From Spirochaetia bacterium (GTDB taxonomy: Bacteria > Spirochaetota > Spirochaetia > SZUA-6 > Bin103), in contig CBDAOI010000004.1 in NCBI GenBank assembly GCA_965198005.1, positions 1,216,001 through 1,280,000 on the forward strand: DNA of 64,000 nt, written 5' to 3'. Shown here one piece after another: positions 1 through 9,518 of the stretch. The notes under the pieces were generated by a model that saw nothing but the letters and a program-made list of their open reading frames with translations, was not told where the DNA came from and ran no database searches. Within the stretch, counting starts at the first letter, position 1, and each line of letters starts with the position of its first letter. The translations under genes were made by a program, and so were the position numbers.

Positions 1-920
1 TCGGGGAGCGGCGTTTCACCTTTCTGCGCACCGAGGGCGGCGACGCTGGAGACGCCCTGCAGCTTGTCGGTGGCTTCGACCGGCTCCAGTTCGCTGTAGT
101 AGTCGAACCAGGGCAGCCCCGCTTCCGCGTAGTGGGCGGCGGTCGGCGGTCTGTCGGGTGGGCGCTCACCGGTGATTGCCCGCCACTGCCGGGAGTTGAC
201 GATGCTGACGAAGCAGCGGCTGGAGTGCCGCTGGTCCCAGGCGTCCAGGCCGTACGGATCGTCGTAGATCTCCTGCCGCATGCGCCCGCCAGGGGCCAGG
301 CCCATCTCGCTCGCCGCCATCGGACTGTGAACGACGCTGTAGTCGCATTCGCCTCGCAACTCCTCCGATTCCCGCTGCATCTGCTCGTAGCGTTCTCGCT
401 TCATGGGAAAGGCGATGAGCTGCAGGCCGCCGTGCTCGGCAGCGCCGGTGAGCTGTTCTTCGACCGTGTAGCCGGCGCCGAACGGCATGGCCACGAACTG
501 TCGGATCACGCCCTGTTCGATGCAGTAGCCGTCGAGCCACGGCTGCTCCGGCACCACCAGGTAGTCCTGCGGGTCGCGGTTCAGCCGCTCGACCCAGGCG
601 TCTCCCGTCACGGCGCAGATCTTGCCGGTGGCGACCTTGATCGCGAACGGATAGCCGGTAGGGCAACCGAAGTCGAGCCACGTCGCCTCGGCCTGATGCA
701 TCGGCAGCAGCACGCCGCCGCGTTGTCGCCATGCGGCCGGGAGCCGGTCCGCGTAGTCGTCCACGTGGCGTAGCGGAAACCTGCCGAGGCCGGGCGGCAG
801 CGGGTAGTCGCTGCCGTCGTCGGGAATGCGCAGCGTGCGCTGGAAGTCGAGCGCGCAGGTGGCGTCCGGGCGGACCTCCGGGAACCGGAACGTCAGCCGG
901 TCGGATTCGAGCGTTATCAT
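1..920 (-). CDS. Conserved hypothetical protein (FQRTLRIPDDG..YPLPPGLG.FPL family); runs off the left edge, partial
   Basis: Not in the ORF track. ATG at 920 preceded by GGAGG. Frame open to base 1: MITLESDRLTFRFPEVRPDATCALDFQRTLRIPDDGSDYPLPPGLGRFPL...QPWLDG...RQFVAMPFG.GYTVEEQLTG...GGLQL...MGLAPGGRMRQEIYDDPY...YAEAGLPWFDYY. Confidence 0.8.
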   Translation of the reverse strand, partial: MITLESDRLTFRFPEVRPDATCALDFQRTLRIPDDGSDYPLPPGLGRFPLRHVDDYADRLPAAWRQRGGVLLPMHQAEATWLDFGCPTGYPFAIKVATGKICAVTGDAWVERLNRDPQDYLVVPEQPWLDGYCIEQGVIRQFVAMPFGAGYTVEEQLTGAAEHGGLQLIAFPMKRERYEQMQRESEELRGECDYSVVHSPMAASEMGLAPGGRMRQEIYDDPYGLDAWDQRHSSRCFVSIVNSRQWRAITGERPPDRPPTAAHYAEAGLPWFDYYSELEPVEATDKLQGVSSVAALGAQKGETPLP

Positions 921-960
921 CTATCGAGTATCCTCCATCTTTTCGATCCCTTCGATTTGC

Positions 961-1317
961 TCATCTCCAGCCACCGTCGCGTACCTCACGCACCACGCGC
1001 AGGACGGCGTGATCCGGCGCCTCGCGGAGCTGGCGCAGCAACTCGGCGAACAGCTTCGGCCGGCGGCGGATGATCTCCTGCAGATCGCCCGAGACCTTGC
1101 CGCCGAGCGCCAGCAGTACGTCCGGGTCCTCGCCCAGCTCCCGTGCCAGCCGCTTGGTCGTCGCTTCCGAGGGCGGGCCGACGTCACCACGCTCTATCTT
1201 GCTCAGATAGGCCGGCTCCACCCCGATCCGCTGCGCCACTTGGCGCAGAGAGTAGCGACGGTCACTGCGCCGCAGCTCTTCGCGGGCTGTTCTGACGGCG
1301 ACTCCAAAATGAGTCAT
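961..1317 (-). CDS. XRE/Cro-CI family HTH transcriptional regulator
   Basis: SLRQVAQRIGVEPAYLSKIERG helix-turn-helix; 118 aa; co-oriented with the gene at 1-920. Confidence 0.9.
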   Translation of the reverse strand: MTHFGVAVRTAREELRRSDRRYSLRQVAQRIGVEPAYLSKIERGDVGPPSEATTKRLARELGEDPDVLLALGGKVSGDLQEIIRRRPKLFAELLRQLREAPDHAVLRVVREVRDGGWR

Positions 1318-1325
1318 GTGTCATA

Positions 1326-1354
1326 AACATAACACAACACGACTGCCGCGTCAA
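1326..1354 (-). promoter_or_regulatory. Sigma70-like promoter giving a probably leaderless XRE transcript
   Basis: Minus strand TTGACG-17 nt-TATGTT (with extended TG), 8 nt before the ATG at 1317; no SD. Confidence 0.55.
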
Positions 1355-1558
1355 CCGGATTGGGAAGGCCGAGGATGCTCTCGCCGTCGCCCTCAGTTTC
1401 TACGTCGATGGCCGCAGAGACATCCCCGTGCCGAGTGACGTGGTGGCCGGCCAGGAGTTGCGTGTCTTCGTGATGCGATCGATGAAGGTCGCGATTGTCC
1501 TTTCTCCTTTCTGTGGTTACTTTCCGATTCACGATTGTCAGGGCGTAAGGAGAACACT

Positions 1559-2011
1559 ATGATTCGAGGCATCCATCACACAGGCATTTCCACCCCCAAC
1601 CTTGAGCGCGCGATTGAGTTCTACTCGGGATTGCTCGGTTTCAAGGTGATCCACCGGTTTGAGTGGGAGGCAGGCGCGAAACACTTCGACGACATCACCG
1701 GGCTCAAGAACTCAGCAGCCCGGGCGGTGTTTCTGTTGCAGGACAACGCATTCATCGAGATCTTCGAATACTCGGCTCCCACACCCACTCCGGCGCAACC
1801 GGACCGCCCCGTCTGTGATTATGGCGTTACGCACGTCGCCTTGATAGTCGACGACGTCCAAGCCGAGTACGATCGCCTGAAGGCGCTCGGGGTACCATTT
1901 CACGCTCCGCCGCGCGAGGATTTTCGTGCCGTCTATGGACGTGACCCGGATGGCAACGTTTTCGAGTTGATGGAAGTCCCGGCTGACAGCAAGATCGCCC
2001 TGGATTCCTAA
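1559..2011 (+). CDS. VOC/glyoxalase superfamily protein
   Basis: IHHTGIST..LERAIEFY, IEIFEY, GVTHVAL, YGRDPDGNVFELME; AGGAG before the ATG at 1559. Confidence 0.9.
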   Translation: MIRGIHHTGISTPNLERAIEFYSGLLGFKVIHRFEWEAGAKHFDDITGLKNSAARAVFLLQDNAFIEIFEYSAPTPTPAQPDRPVCDYGVTHVALIVDDVQAEYDRLKALGVPFHAPPREDFRAVYGRDPDGNVFELMEVPADSKIALDS

Positions 2012-2607
2012 CAGGCCGCTGTCGGACGGCTCCAAGATATCCGTCTCGGTCACCGTGCTGTCGATCCGCACCTGCGTACCCGATTCGATCGCCGCTTGGC
2101 GTCAAGCAACAGGACCCCGTTGATGGTGCGCCAACCCTCCGCGTCAATTGCGCTGATAGCACTCTGCAGCGCCGACTTCTTCGGCACCCGGAACGGATCA
2201 ACCCGCGCAAAGCGCTGCATGGAGGCGGAATCGAGCAGCGCGAACTCCAACTCCCGATAGGAGTAGCCCATCAGATGCTTGAGCATCGCACAGCGCAGAA
2301 TGGTCTCACAGGTCAGGCCATGGCGACCGCAGGTGGTGGAGCCAGCAACGCAACGGCTGATCGTATCGAGCAACTCGGGGTGCTGATCGAGCCATGCCGA
2401 AGCGCGTTCCAGTTCGGCGGCGACGGGGTGGACAACCTCGGGCGCTTGAAATACGCTGGGTTGCACGGTGCGGCTGTTGCGCATCGTAACCTCCGGTGTT
2501 TCGGTTGTTGTTGGTCTCGATGATAGCCGAAACACCGTTTTCTTGTCCATCCACCAGGATCAATTCATGCCCATTCAACAACTTGCGGGTTTACGGACAG
2601 GAACTAG
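2008..2607 (-). mobile_element. Truncated, frameshifted IS (ISNCY/IS5-like DDE transposase remnant) with one surviving end
   Basis: ATG at 2484 MRNSRTVQPSVF...GRHGLTCETILRCAMLKHLMGYSYRELEFALLDSAS; frameshift near 2097; continues RIDSTVTETDILEPSDSGLL (first DDE Asp) and stops at the VOC gene end. Putative end CTAG|TTCCTGTCCGTAAAC at about 2589-2607. Confidence 0.8.
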
Positions 2608-3220
2608 CGAGCGCTCGCTCGATCTGCACCACCCTCCATTTCCTTTTTTTGGGGGCCCCAACCGCAGTGCGTCCGATCCACCATGGGCACGGGCGCCCGT
2701 GTGCGGGACCAGACGAGCGTCCTGTCGCTGGGTCTTCTAAGAATCGCTTGCACTAGTAGGCTGGGCTGCGGGCGGTGGCGGCGCGGTCAATACGGAGCCA
2801 GCGGTGCCGGGAATCGGCGTTGACGGGTGTTGCAGGGGGTACCCCCAGGCTACCCCCGAGGGGCTGGAAGGCCGTCAGCGGGCCGCTGTGAGGCCGACGT
2901 GGACGGTGAACGGCCTGCGGACGGCCACATCGCCGGCGAATGACGGCTCCGGAGGGGCGATGCGCCCGAGTCGGCGCCGCGAGGGGCTCTCGGCTGCCGC
3001 GGCTGCCCGAAAGAAATCTCAAGAAACCTTCAATTCGCCAGTTTTCCTGTTGACGTGTTTGCCGCAGGGGTGGCATAGTAAAAGGCCTCAGGTTTGAACG
3101 GATGCAAGATGGCTGAAAACACTACTCAGCGCTGCCACCGGTTAGCGGCAACGCACCCGACGCGTCCTATCTTCAGGCCATCAACTGCCGTTCACCGAGA
3201 ATTGCTGGGCCGATTCGTGG

Positions 3221-3249
3221 TTGACGTCCTCGGGAGCGGAGGTTATGAT
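3221..3249 (+). promoter_or_regulatory. Sigma70-like promoter
   Basis: TTGACG-17 nt-TATGAT; a weaker second match TTGACG-18 nt-CATAGT at 3050-3079. Confidence 0.45.
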
Positions 3250-4027
3250 AGGGTGGGATGCAGTCAATCGCGACCTCGCGACTACATCTGGGTATGGGTA
3301 TGGCTGTGCCTCACCTGCGGAGGGCTTGAGTGACTTATAACACGTCAACGCTTATGACACTCTGTTCCCCTGAGAGCCGCTCGCCGAGAATTGCTGAAAA
3401 TCAGCTCGCGGCGCGCGTGCTTAATGGTGAGGAGTCCCCTCCGAGACAACTAACCGCTCCGGCTGATTGGCGCGTACGCGACCCCGCGCACGCCGTTGCC
3501 TCCACCGCCGCTGTACCTATCGGTGGCGCCGGCTCGGTCCATCGTCGAACCGGCATGCGGGCCGCCAGCGCCCTTCCCGGCGACCGTAACCGTCCCGGAT
3601 CCTCGCCTGCGACTGACTGCCGGCAAAACCCACCGCCGGCGTCGCCGGTCAATCAGACTCGCTGCTTCGCCGACCACCACCCAGTGTGGGGTTGTGACGC
3701 AGGTGCCGACGTCCGCCGAGCGGACGGTGCTTGCATGATGGGGCGCGCACGCGCTGCGCGCAGCGCACCCCACAACACGGCAAGCACCCAGACCAGGCCT
3801 ATTCTCTGTCAATTGCCGAAACCTACAGAAAATGGAATGGAGGTGCAAAATGATACTCAAAGAACCTTACGCGCGCGCGGCGTGAACCCGGCTGAGTCAC
3901 ACGCCGCGCGCTGTTAGTGAATTTGACTCTGTCTGGCCGTCCGCGTTGCGGGCCCGAGAGTAGCCAGGGAGCGCACGTCGCTACGCAATACTCTCAAGAT
4001 AACATTCAAGGAAGCAAGGAAGAAACG

Positions 4028-5836
4028 ATGAAGATATTTTTTGCAAGGACCTTCGCGGTTGCGTTGGTCCTGGTGCTGACCGCAACCGGCCTCTGGGCCG
4101 CCGGCGGCGCAGATACGGAGCCGGCAGCGGCGGCCGAGAAAGAAATGGTGCTTGACCCGTCCACCGGCAAGATGGTGACCGCGCCAGAGTATGGCGGGAC
4201 AATAACCTATGGCCGGGTCAGTTGGGCTGCGCATTCTGATGTCTGGTACATTAGTGGCTGGGCGAGCCATAACATCGGTTTGGTCAATGAGGCGCTCGGC
4301 ATCGGGAACTGGGCAATAGATAGGAGTGAATGGGACTGGCGGCTCTTAGCAGACACACCTCCATCTGCCTGGAAAGGCGCACTGGCGGAAAGCTGGGAAA
4401 CGCCCGACGATACAACCATCATCTTCAACATCCGCCAGGGCGTTCACTGGCATGACAAGGCACCGATGAACGGTCGGGAGCTGACTGCGAAGGATGTCGA
4501 ATACAACTGGCAGCGTTTATTGGGGCTGGGCAAGTTCAGTGAAGCCGGACCCAGCCTGATGGCAGGTGGCTTCCCGCCACAGGATTTCGAGTCGGTAACG
4601 GCCACCGACGATTGGACGGTCGTTTTCAAGCTGAACAAGCCAAACTTGAACGCCCTGAAGAATCTTCTCGGCCAGTGGATTGCTGTGATATACCCTCCGG
4701 AGGTCATCGAGGAACACGGCGACTACAAGGATTGGCGGAACACGGTGGGCACCGGACCCTATGAGCTGACGGACCTGGTCGCAGAGAGCTCCAGGACCTG
4801 GACCAAGAATCCTGACTACTGGGCCTACGACGAAAAATACCCGGAGAACCGCTTGCCCTATGTTGACAAGGTAATAGCCTTGTTGATGCCAGAACCGGCA
4901 ACCCGTCTGGCGGCACTGCGCGCGGGTACGATTGATCTGCTGGGCACGGCCGGCGACTCTCAATTAAGGTCTATCGACGAGGTAGAGAGCCTCCGACGGA
5001 CCGACCCCGACATTGAGCTGTGGGAGTATAAGTATCGGTCCGACAACTTCATGATGCTCGTCGGTCTGCACAGACCGCCCTGGAACGACATCCGAGTGCG
5101 CCAGGCGATGCAGATGGCACTGGACCTCGAGACCATTGTGAACACCTACTATAAGGGTGTTGGCAATGCGACTCCGCAGGGACATTTAGCCAATGATGCG
5201 CCGGGGGTTGGCACGCCATTTGAGGAGTGGCCCGAAGAGGTCAAGGCAACCTACAGGTATGACCCGGAACGCGCCGAAGCGTTGCTTGATGCGGCTGGGC
5301 TTACCCGCGGCGCGGACGGCATTAGATACACGACCAGCATGGCCTACTATGAACGGTACGATAAGAATTATGCAGAACTGGTCGCGGGATACTGGCGTGA
5401 GATTGGCGTAGAGATCAAGACGATAGACATTATGGATGGTGCACGAAGACGTGCGGCCACACAACCTGATGAGGAAACCTACAGAACGACCAACTACGGG
5501 GCAGCGGCCGTGAGGTATGCTATCCCCGCGATTATGGGGGGATTTCATTCAGATGCCGGCTGGCTATCCCCGAAAGACCCCGAATTTGATGCCTTGTTTG
5601 ACGCCGCCGTAGCCGCTACCACCCTTGAGGAGCAGCAGAGGCTGGCCAAAGAAGCAAATATGATATTGATAGAGAAGCACTGGATCATAGCTGGTCCCGA
5701 AATCCCACAGTTCCAAGCTTGGCAGCCGTGGCTCAAAGGCTATAACGCCGAAATGAGAATAGGAGATGGTGAAACCCAGACAGTCTTAGCCCGCCTCTGG
5801 ATTGACCAGGATCTGAAGGAAGCAATGGGTTATTAG
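4028..5836 (+). CDS. ABC transporter substrate-binding protein, family 5 (Dpp/Opp-like)
   Basis: Signal peptide MKIFFARTFAVALVLVLTATGLWAAG; PEYGGT, LAESWE, GTGPY, DIRVRQAM motifs; AAGGA before ATG 4028. Confidence 0.93.
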   Translation: MKIFFARTFAVALVLVLTATGLWAAGGADTEPAAAAEKEMVLDPSTGKMVTAPEYGGTITYGRVSWAAHSDVWYISGWASHNIGLVNEALGIGNWAIDRSEWDWRLLADTPPSAWKGALAESWETPDDTTIIFNIRQGVHWHDKAPMNGRELTAKDVEYNWQRLLGLGKFSEAGPSLMAGGFPPQDFESVTATDDWTVVFKLNKPNLNALKNLLGQWIAVIYPPEVIEEHGDYKDWRNTVGTGPYELTDLVAESSRTWTKNPDYWAYDEKYPENRLPYVDKVIALLMPEPATRLAALRAGTIDLLGTAGDSQLRSIDEVESLRRTDPDIELWEYKYRSDNFMMLVGLHRPPWNDIRVRQAMQMALDLETIVNTYYKGVGNATPQGHLANDAPGVGTPFEEWPEEVKATYRYDPERAEALLDAAGLTRGADGIRYTTSMAYYERYDKNYAELVAGYWREIGVEIKTIDIMDGARRRAATQPDEETYRTTNYGAAAVRYAIPAIMGGFHSDAGWLSPKDPEFDALFDAAVAATTLEEQQRLAKEANMILIEKHWIIAGPEIPQFQAWQPWLKGYNAEMRIGDGETQTVLARLWIDQDLKEAMGY

Positions 5837-5922
5837 GGGTATACTGGTTGGTCGCATCGTAGCTCCTGGTCACGCCACCGTGGCGAGCCCTGTACTTGTG
5901 AGGCGATGACTTGGGCGAACTT

Positions 5923-5959
5923 GTTGTGGGATGGCGGCCGAAACCCGCCATCCCACAAC
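5923..5959. terminator. Strong hairpin downstream of the SBP gene (terminator or mRNA stabiliser)
   Basis: Perfect 15-bp inverted repeat GTTGTGGGATGGCGG-7 nt-CCGCCATCCCACAAC. Confidence 0.6.
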
Positions 5960-6041
5960 TATTGATGCCAATTTGTCGAGCTGGAATTTCTCTTATTAGG
6001 TCAAAGTTTATTGGATCAAAGTATTGAAAAATGGCAAACTT

Positions 6042-6121
6042 GCCATTCTGGGCGACGACCCGGAAGCCAGAAAACGCAACCCTTTGAAATTACTCCGGAT
6101 TCCCGCTTTCGCGGGAATGAC
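6042..6121. repeat. REP/dRS3-like palindromic element
   Basis: GGATTCCCGCTTTCGCGGGAATGAC at 6097-6121 (ATTCCC-N8-GGGAAT core), with a degenerate opposing arm at 6042-6070. Confidence 0.7.
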
Positions 6122-6210
6122 AGAGGCTTTCAACCCGTAATTCGCGTCATGGTAGGAAATCGACGGGAAGAGATTTCAATTCCAGTCCGACGAATGATGG
6201 GCTGAATCAC

Positions 6211-7221
6211 ATGAGAGCCTATATCATCAGGCGGTTATTGCTGATGATCCCCACGCTGTCTATATTGAGCATCCTGGTCTTTCTCGCGGTCCGCTTCATC
6301 CCGGGCGATATAGTAGACAATATGGTGGAGACTATGGAAAGTATGTACATGGGGCTGGGAGTCGACATTGACCGTGAAGCTCTTGAGCGTATGCTGGGAT
6401 TGGACGTGCCTGTCTACGTGCAGTATGGACGCTGGATAGGAGTGTTGCCGACCCCTGACTGGGTTACCGGTGAGTCCCACTTCAGAGGTCTCCTCCAGGG
6501 CACCCTTGGCGAATCACTGACGGGTCGAGGGCCGGTGAAAGAGCAGATAATCAGTAGACTACCGATAACCATCGAGCTTGGTGTCATGGCAATCGTGGTC
6601 GGGCTCTTGATCGCCCTGCCCGTCGGCATCTACTCGGCGATCCGCCAGGATACGGCCGCCGACTACGTGGGGCGCGCCGCGGCCATCATCGGCCTGGCAA
6701 CACCCAACTTCTGGCTGGCCCTGATGGTCATGATCTTCCCGGCGATCTGGTGGGGCTGGGCGCCACCGATGAAGCTGATTCCCTTCACCGAAGACCCGCT
6801 GGGGAATCTCGGGGTGCTTATCATTCCCAGCCTGATTCTGGGGACGGCTGCTTCGGCAACCACCATGCGGATGACGCGCACCATGATGCTGGAGGTGCTC
6901 AGGCAAGACCATATAAGGACGGCCTGGTCCAAGGGTCTCAATGAGAGGGCAGTTATTGTGAGACACGCCATCAAGAATGCGTTCATCCCGGTAGTTACCC
7001 TGATAGGCCTGCAGTTGCCCATCCTGGTAGGCGGCTCCGTTATCATGGAGAACATATTCAACCTGCCGGGTTTGGGTCGTCTCTTCCTGAATGCACTCAC
7101 TGTCAGAGATTACCCGGTGGTCTCTGGAGTAAACCTGGTTTTATCCAGCGTCGTTCTGTTGAACAATCTATTTATCGACCTGATTTATCCTTATTTGGAC
7201 CCAAGAGTACGGTATGAATAG
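6211..7221 (+). CDS. ABC peptide transporter permease (DppB/OppB-like)
   Basis: MRAYIIRRLL..., ATPNFWL, RMTRTMMLEVLRQD..TAWSKGL, RDYP, YLDPRVRY. Confidence 0.95.
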   Translation: MRAYIIRRLLLMIPTLSILSILVFLAVRFIPGDIVDNMVETMESMYMGLGVDIDREALERMLGLDVPVYVQYGRWIGVLPTPDWVTGESHFRGLLQGTLGESLTGRGPVKEQIISRLPITIELGVMAIVVGLLIALPVGIYSAIRQDTAADYVGRAAAIIGLATPNFWLALMVMIFPAIWWGWAPPMKLIPFTEDPLGNLGVLIIPSLILGTAASATTMRMTRTMMLEVLRQDHIRTAWSKGLNERAVIVRHAIKNAFIPVVTLIGLQLPILVGGSVIMENIFNLPGLGRLFLNALTVRDYPVVSGVNLVLSSVVLLNNLFIDLIYPYLDPRVRYE

Positions 7222-7244
7222 TCGCTGGCGCGAAAGGCCCTAAT

Positions 7245-8201
7245 ATGAGCAATGCCACAGAGGCACCCTCCGCCGTCAGTGAGCCCAATCGGCGTGCCGG
7301 GCTGGCTGATTTCTTTGTCAGGCTGTGGAAGGAGAAGCCATGGGGCACTATCGGCGGGATTATCATATTGATATTGATTTTCGTGGCCATCTTTGCCGAT
7401 GTTTTGGCTCCTTATCCGTTTTGGGAAATGCACCTGGTAGACAGGCTGCAGGGCTCATCAGCCCGGTATCTCCTGGGTACCGACCAGTTGGGGCGAGACT
7501 TCCTCAGCCGCATTCTCTATGGGGCTCGTCTTTCGTTAGTTGTCGGTCTGTCAGCTACCACCGTCAATGTTGTCGTCGCTTTCCTGATCGGCGGCATTTC
7601 AGGGTTCATTGGTGGCAAATTGGACCTGGTGGTGCAACGCTTTGTCGATGCCTGGATGTGTTTCCCGGGACTGCTCATATTGTTGACGATAATGTCCATA
7701 GCGGGGCGGGGTGTGTTGCAGCTAATACTTGTTTTGGGGATATCAGGAGGCATCGGCGGCTCAAGAGTAGTCAGAGCCGCCGTGATCGGCATTAAAGAGA
7801 ATGACTATTTTCTGGCCGCCAGGGCCGTGGGCACCCCTAGGAGCCAGATCTTCTTACGACATGTGTTGCCCAATATTGTGGCGCCGATCATCATCATCTT
7901 CTCGATCAACGTTGGCGGGGTCATCATTGCCGAAGCCTCGTTGAGCTTCCTGGGATTCGGACTGCCCCTCGGCGTTCCTAGCTGGGGCGGCATGCTCAGC
8001 GGAGAGGGGCGTCAGTACATGGAGGTGGCGCCACGGCTGGCGCTCTGGCCAGGGCTTTGCCTGACGATTGTCGTCTTCTGTTTGAACATGTTCGGCGATG
8101 CGGTGCGCGACCTGCTCGACCCGCGGCTCAGAGGCTCGCTGCCAGCGGCACCACGTCGGTTTAGAAAAGCCATCAAGCAACAAGAAGCCAGCGCGACGTA
8201 A
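7245..8201 (+). CDS. ABC peptide transporter permease (DppC/OppC-like)
   Basis: LLGTDQLGRDFLSRILYGARLSL, HVLPN, EASLSFLGFG..PSWG, GDAVRDLLDPR. Confidence 0.95.
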   Translation: MSNATEAPSAVSEPNRRAGLADFFVRLWKEKPWGTIGGIIILILIFVAIFADVLAPYPFWEMHLVDRLQGSSARYLLGTDQLGRDFLSRILYGARLSLVVGLSATTVNVVVAFLIGGISGFIGGKLDLVVQRFVDAWMCFPGLLILLTIMSIAGRGVLQLILVLGISGGIGGSRVVRAAVIGIKENDYFLAARAVGTPRSQIFLRHVLPNIVAPIIIIFSINVGGVIIAEASLSFLGFGLPLGVPSWGGMLSGEGRQYMEVAPRLALWPGLCLTIVVFCLNMFGDAVRDLLDPRLRGSLPAAPRRFRKAIKQQEASAT

Positions 8202-8286
8202 CGCATGCGGTTCCCTAGTCGGGATGCCCCTGCAGGTGTGTCGGCCCCAGATGTCTTCGCGCTCGATCACCCCGGCGCCGGCATCA

Positions 8287-8516
8287 AGATCCCCGACACC
8301 CAGCGCACGTACTGGATGTGGGCTGGGACGTCCAGTCCCCATGATGGCGCGCAGTCGCTCCTTTTGCTCCTCGGTGCTGGCGCCGAACTCTCTATCCGCC
8401 GTCAAGATGTCGACGTAGTCGCCGGGGAGCAGCCGCACCGAAAAAAACACCAGCATGCTCAGGATGAACAGCGTGGGGATGAACAGCAGCAGGCGCCGGA
8501 TGACGTAGGTGCGCAC
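8287..8516 (-). pseudogene. 5' fragment of a DppB-like permease
   Basis: VRTYVIRRLLLFIPTLFILSMLVFFSVRLLPGDY..., near-identical to the start of 10448-11407; frameshift near 8333, then truncated. Confidence 0.85.
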
Positions 8517-8575
8517 GGAAGAAGCAAGGCCTGGGGCCGCGCATGCCGACCCCAGACCCAAAAGCCAAAGACGAG

Positions 8576-8626
8576 CTAGTTCAACTCGGCCTTGAGCTGA
8601 CTGTCGATCCACATGCGCGCGTAGGG
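8576..8626 (-). pseudogene. 3' tip of a family-5 SBP gene
   Basis: YARMWIDSQLKAELN*, matching the end of 11483-13273 (YPRIWVDSQLKAELN*). Confidence 0.75.
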
Positions 8627-8758
8627 TCAGTCACCGTGAGCCATTCGCAGCGCTGTGGATCGGGAACGTCAGAAATGCCCACGTTCCAGGTCGGTCAACT
8701 CGGCCTCGAGCGGGATCCGCAGCCGCCGCACCTGGTCTGGCCGACTCTGAGATCGATG

Positions 8759-8995
8759 CTAGCCCTGTCGTTCGCCGGCTGTCCGCAGAACGTTTTTTGC
8801 CGCCTCGGGAAGCGCAATCGCAACAAAGTGTGACTCAGGGTAAAGGTAGCCGCCTGGTTCTGACCTGTCCTCATCGACGACACGAAGCATCTGGTGCCCC
8901 TCGGCCTCTGCATCGGGCAACCTCCGGTAGACTTTGCCAAGCATCAGACTGGCTGGGTTGGTGGCGTTGCTGATGCACAGCACATAGTCGGTCAT
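8759..8995 (-). CDS. Small conserved hypothetical protein, downstream partner of a TA-like pair
   Basis: 78 aa YVLCISN..NPASL..GKVYRRLPDAEAE....LRVVDE.....YLYP..HF; ATGA overlap with the upstream gene. Confidence 0.75.
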   Translation of the reverse strand: MTDYVLCISNATNPASLMLGKVYRRLPDAEAEGHQMLRVVDEDRSEPGGYLYPESHFVAIALPEAAKNVLRTAGERQG

Positions 8996-9225
8996 CGAAT
9001 CACCCTCTTTGTCTTGAACTCCTTGCGGCCGACGCCGTGCGCTTCATACCAGTGGATCTCGGCTTCGCAGAACACGCCGTCGGCCAATTGTACAGTCGCC
9101 ATACCCTTCATCTTCCGCCAGCGTCCCTTACCGTGAGTGCGCTCGAGCCAACGTCGGATGTATACGCCTCGACCGACCGCGATCGTCTCGATGTCTCTGA
9201 CTTCGCCGAGGATCGTGAATTCCAT
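8992..9225 (-). CDS. Small basic conserved hypothetical protein, candidate toxin
   Basis: 77 aa IETIAVG...GRWRKMKG.A.V....AEIHWYEAHGVG.KEFK. Confidence 0.75.
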   Translation of the reverse strand: MEFTILGEVRDIETIAVGRGVYIRRWLERTHGKGRWRKMKGMATVQLADGVFCEAEIHWYEAHGVGRKEFKTKRVIR

Positions 9226-9260
9226 CCATCGCTCGCTCTATGATATCTCATCATTCCCTG

Positions 9261-9398
9261 GGCCTCAAGGAAGGCATCGAGCGAGGACGCTCGGAAGAAC
9301 GCCAGTTGCTGTGCCGCCAAGCGGCGAGGAAGTTCGACGCGGAGACCGCCTCGCGGCTAGCTGCCCTGCTGGACCGCCTCTCCGATCCTGAGCGCTAG
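9261..9398 (+). pseudogene. C-terminal remnant of an Rpn-family gene
   Basis: GLKEGIERGRSEERQLLCRQAARKFDAETASRLAALLDRLSDPER* aligns with the tail of 13919-14983 (RALLCRQAAARFGADTAARLAAVLAPIADPERL). Confidence 0.75.
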
Positions 9399-9518
9399 AT
9401 CCGCGTATGAGGACCGACGCTCTCCAGCCCAGCCACCGGCTCCCGGCGCCGCAGCGCGATGGCCGGGAGCCACGCTGCCCACGCTGCCCGAAGCGCTTGC
9501 CAGGCCTCTCGCGCTGGT

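Noticed and set aside
2753-3850. ORFs 2753-3076, 3094-3333 and 3330-3917 as genes, or this region as a known ncRNA
   Set aside because: No recognisable domains, RBS or codon bias, and no tRNA, riboswitch or group II intron domain V signature I can identify.
3866-3920. Hairpin followed by GTTAG as an integron attC site
   Set aside because: No matching RYYYAAC box, no attC-type extrahelical pattern, no integrase or cassette array.
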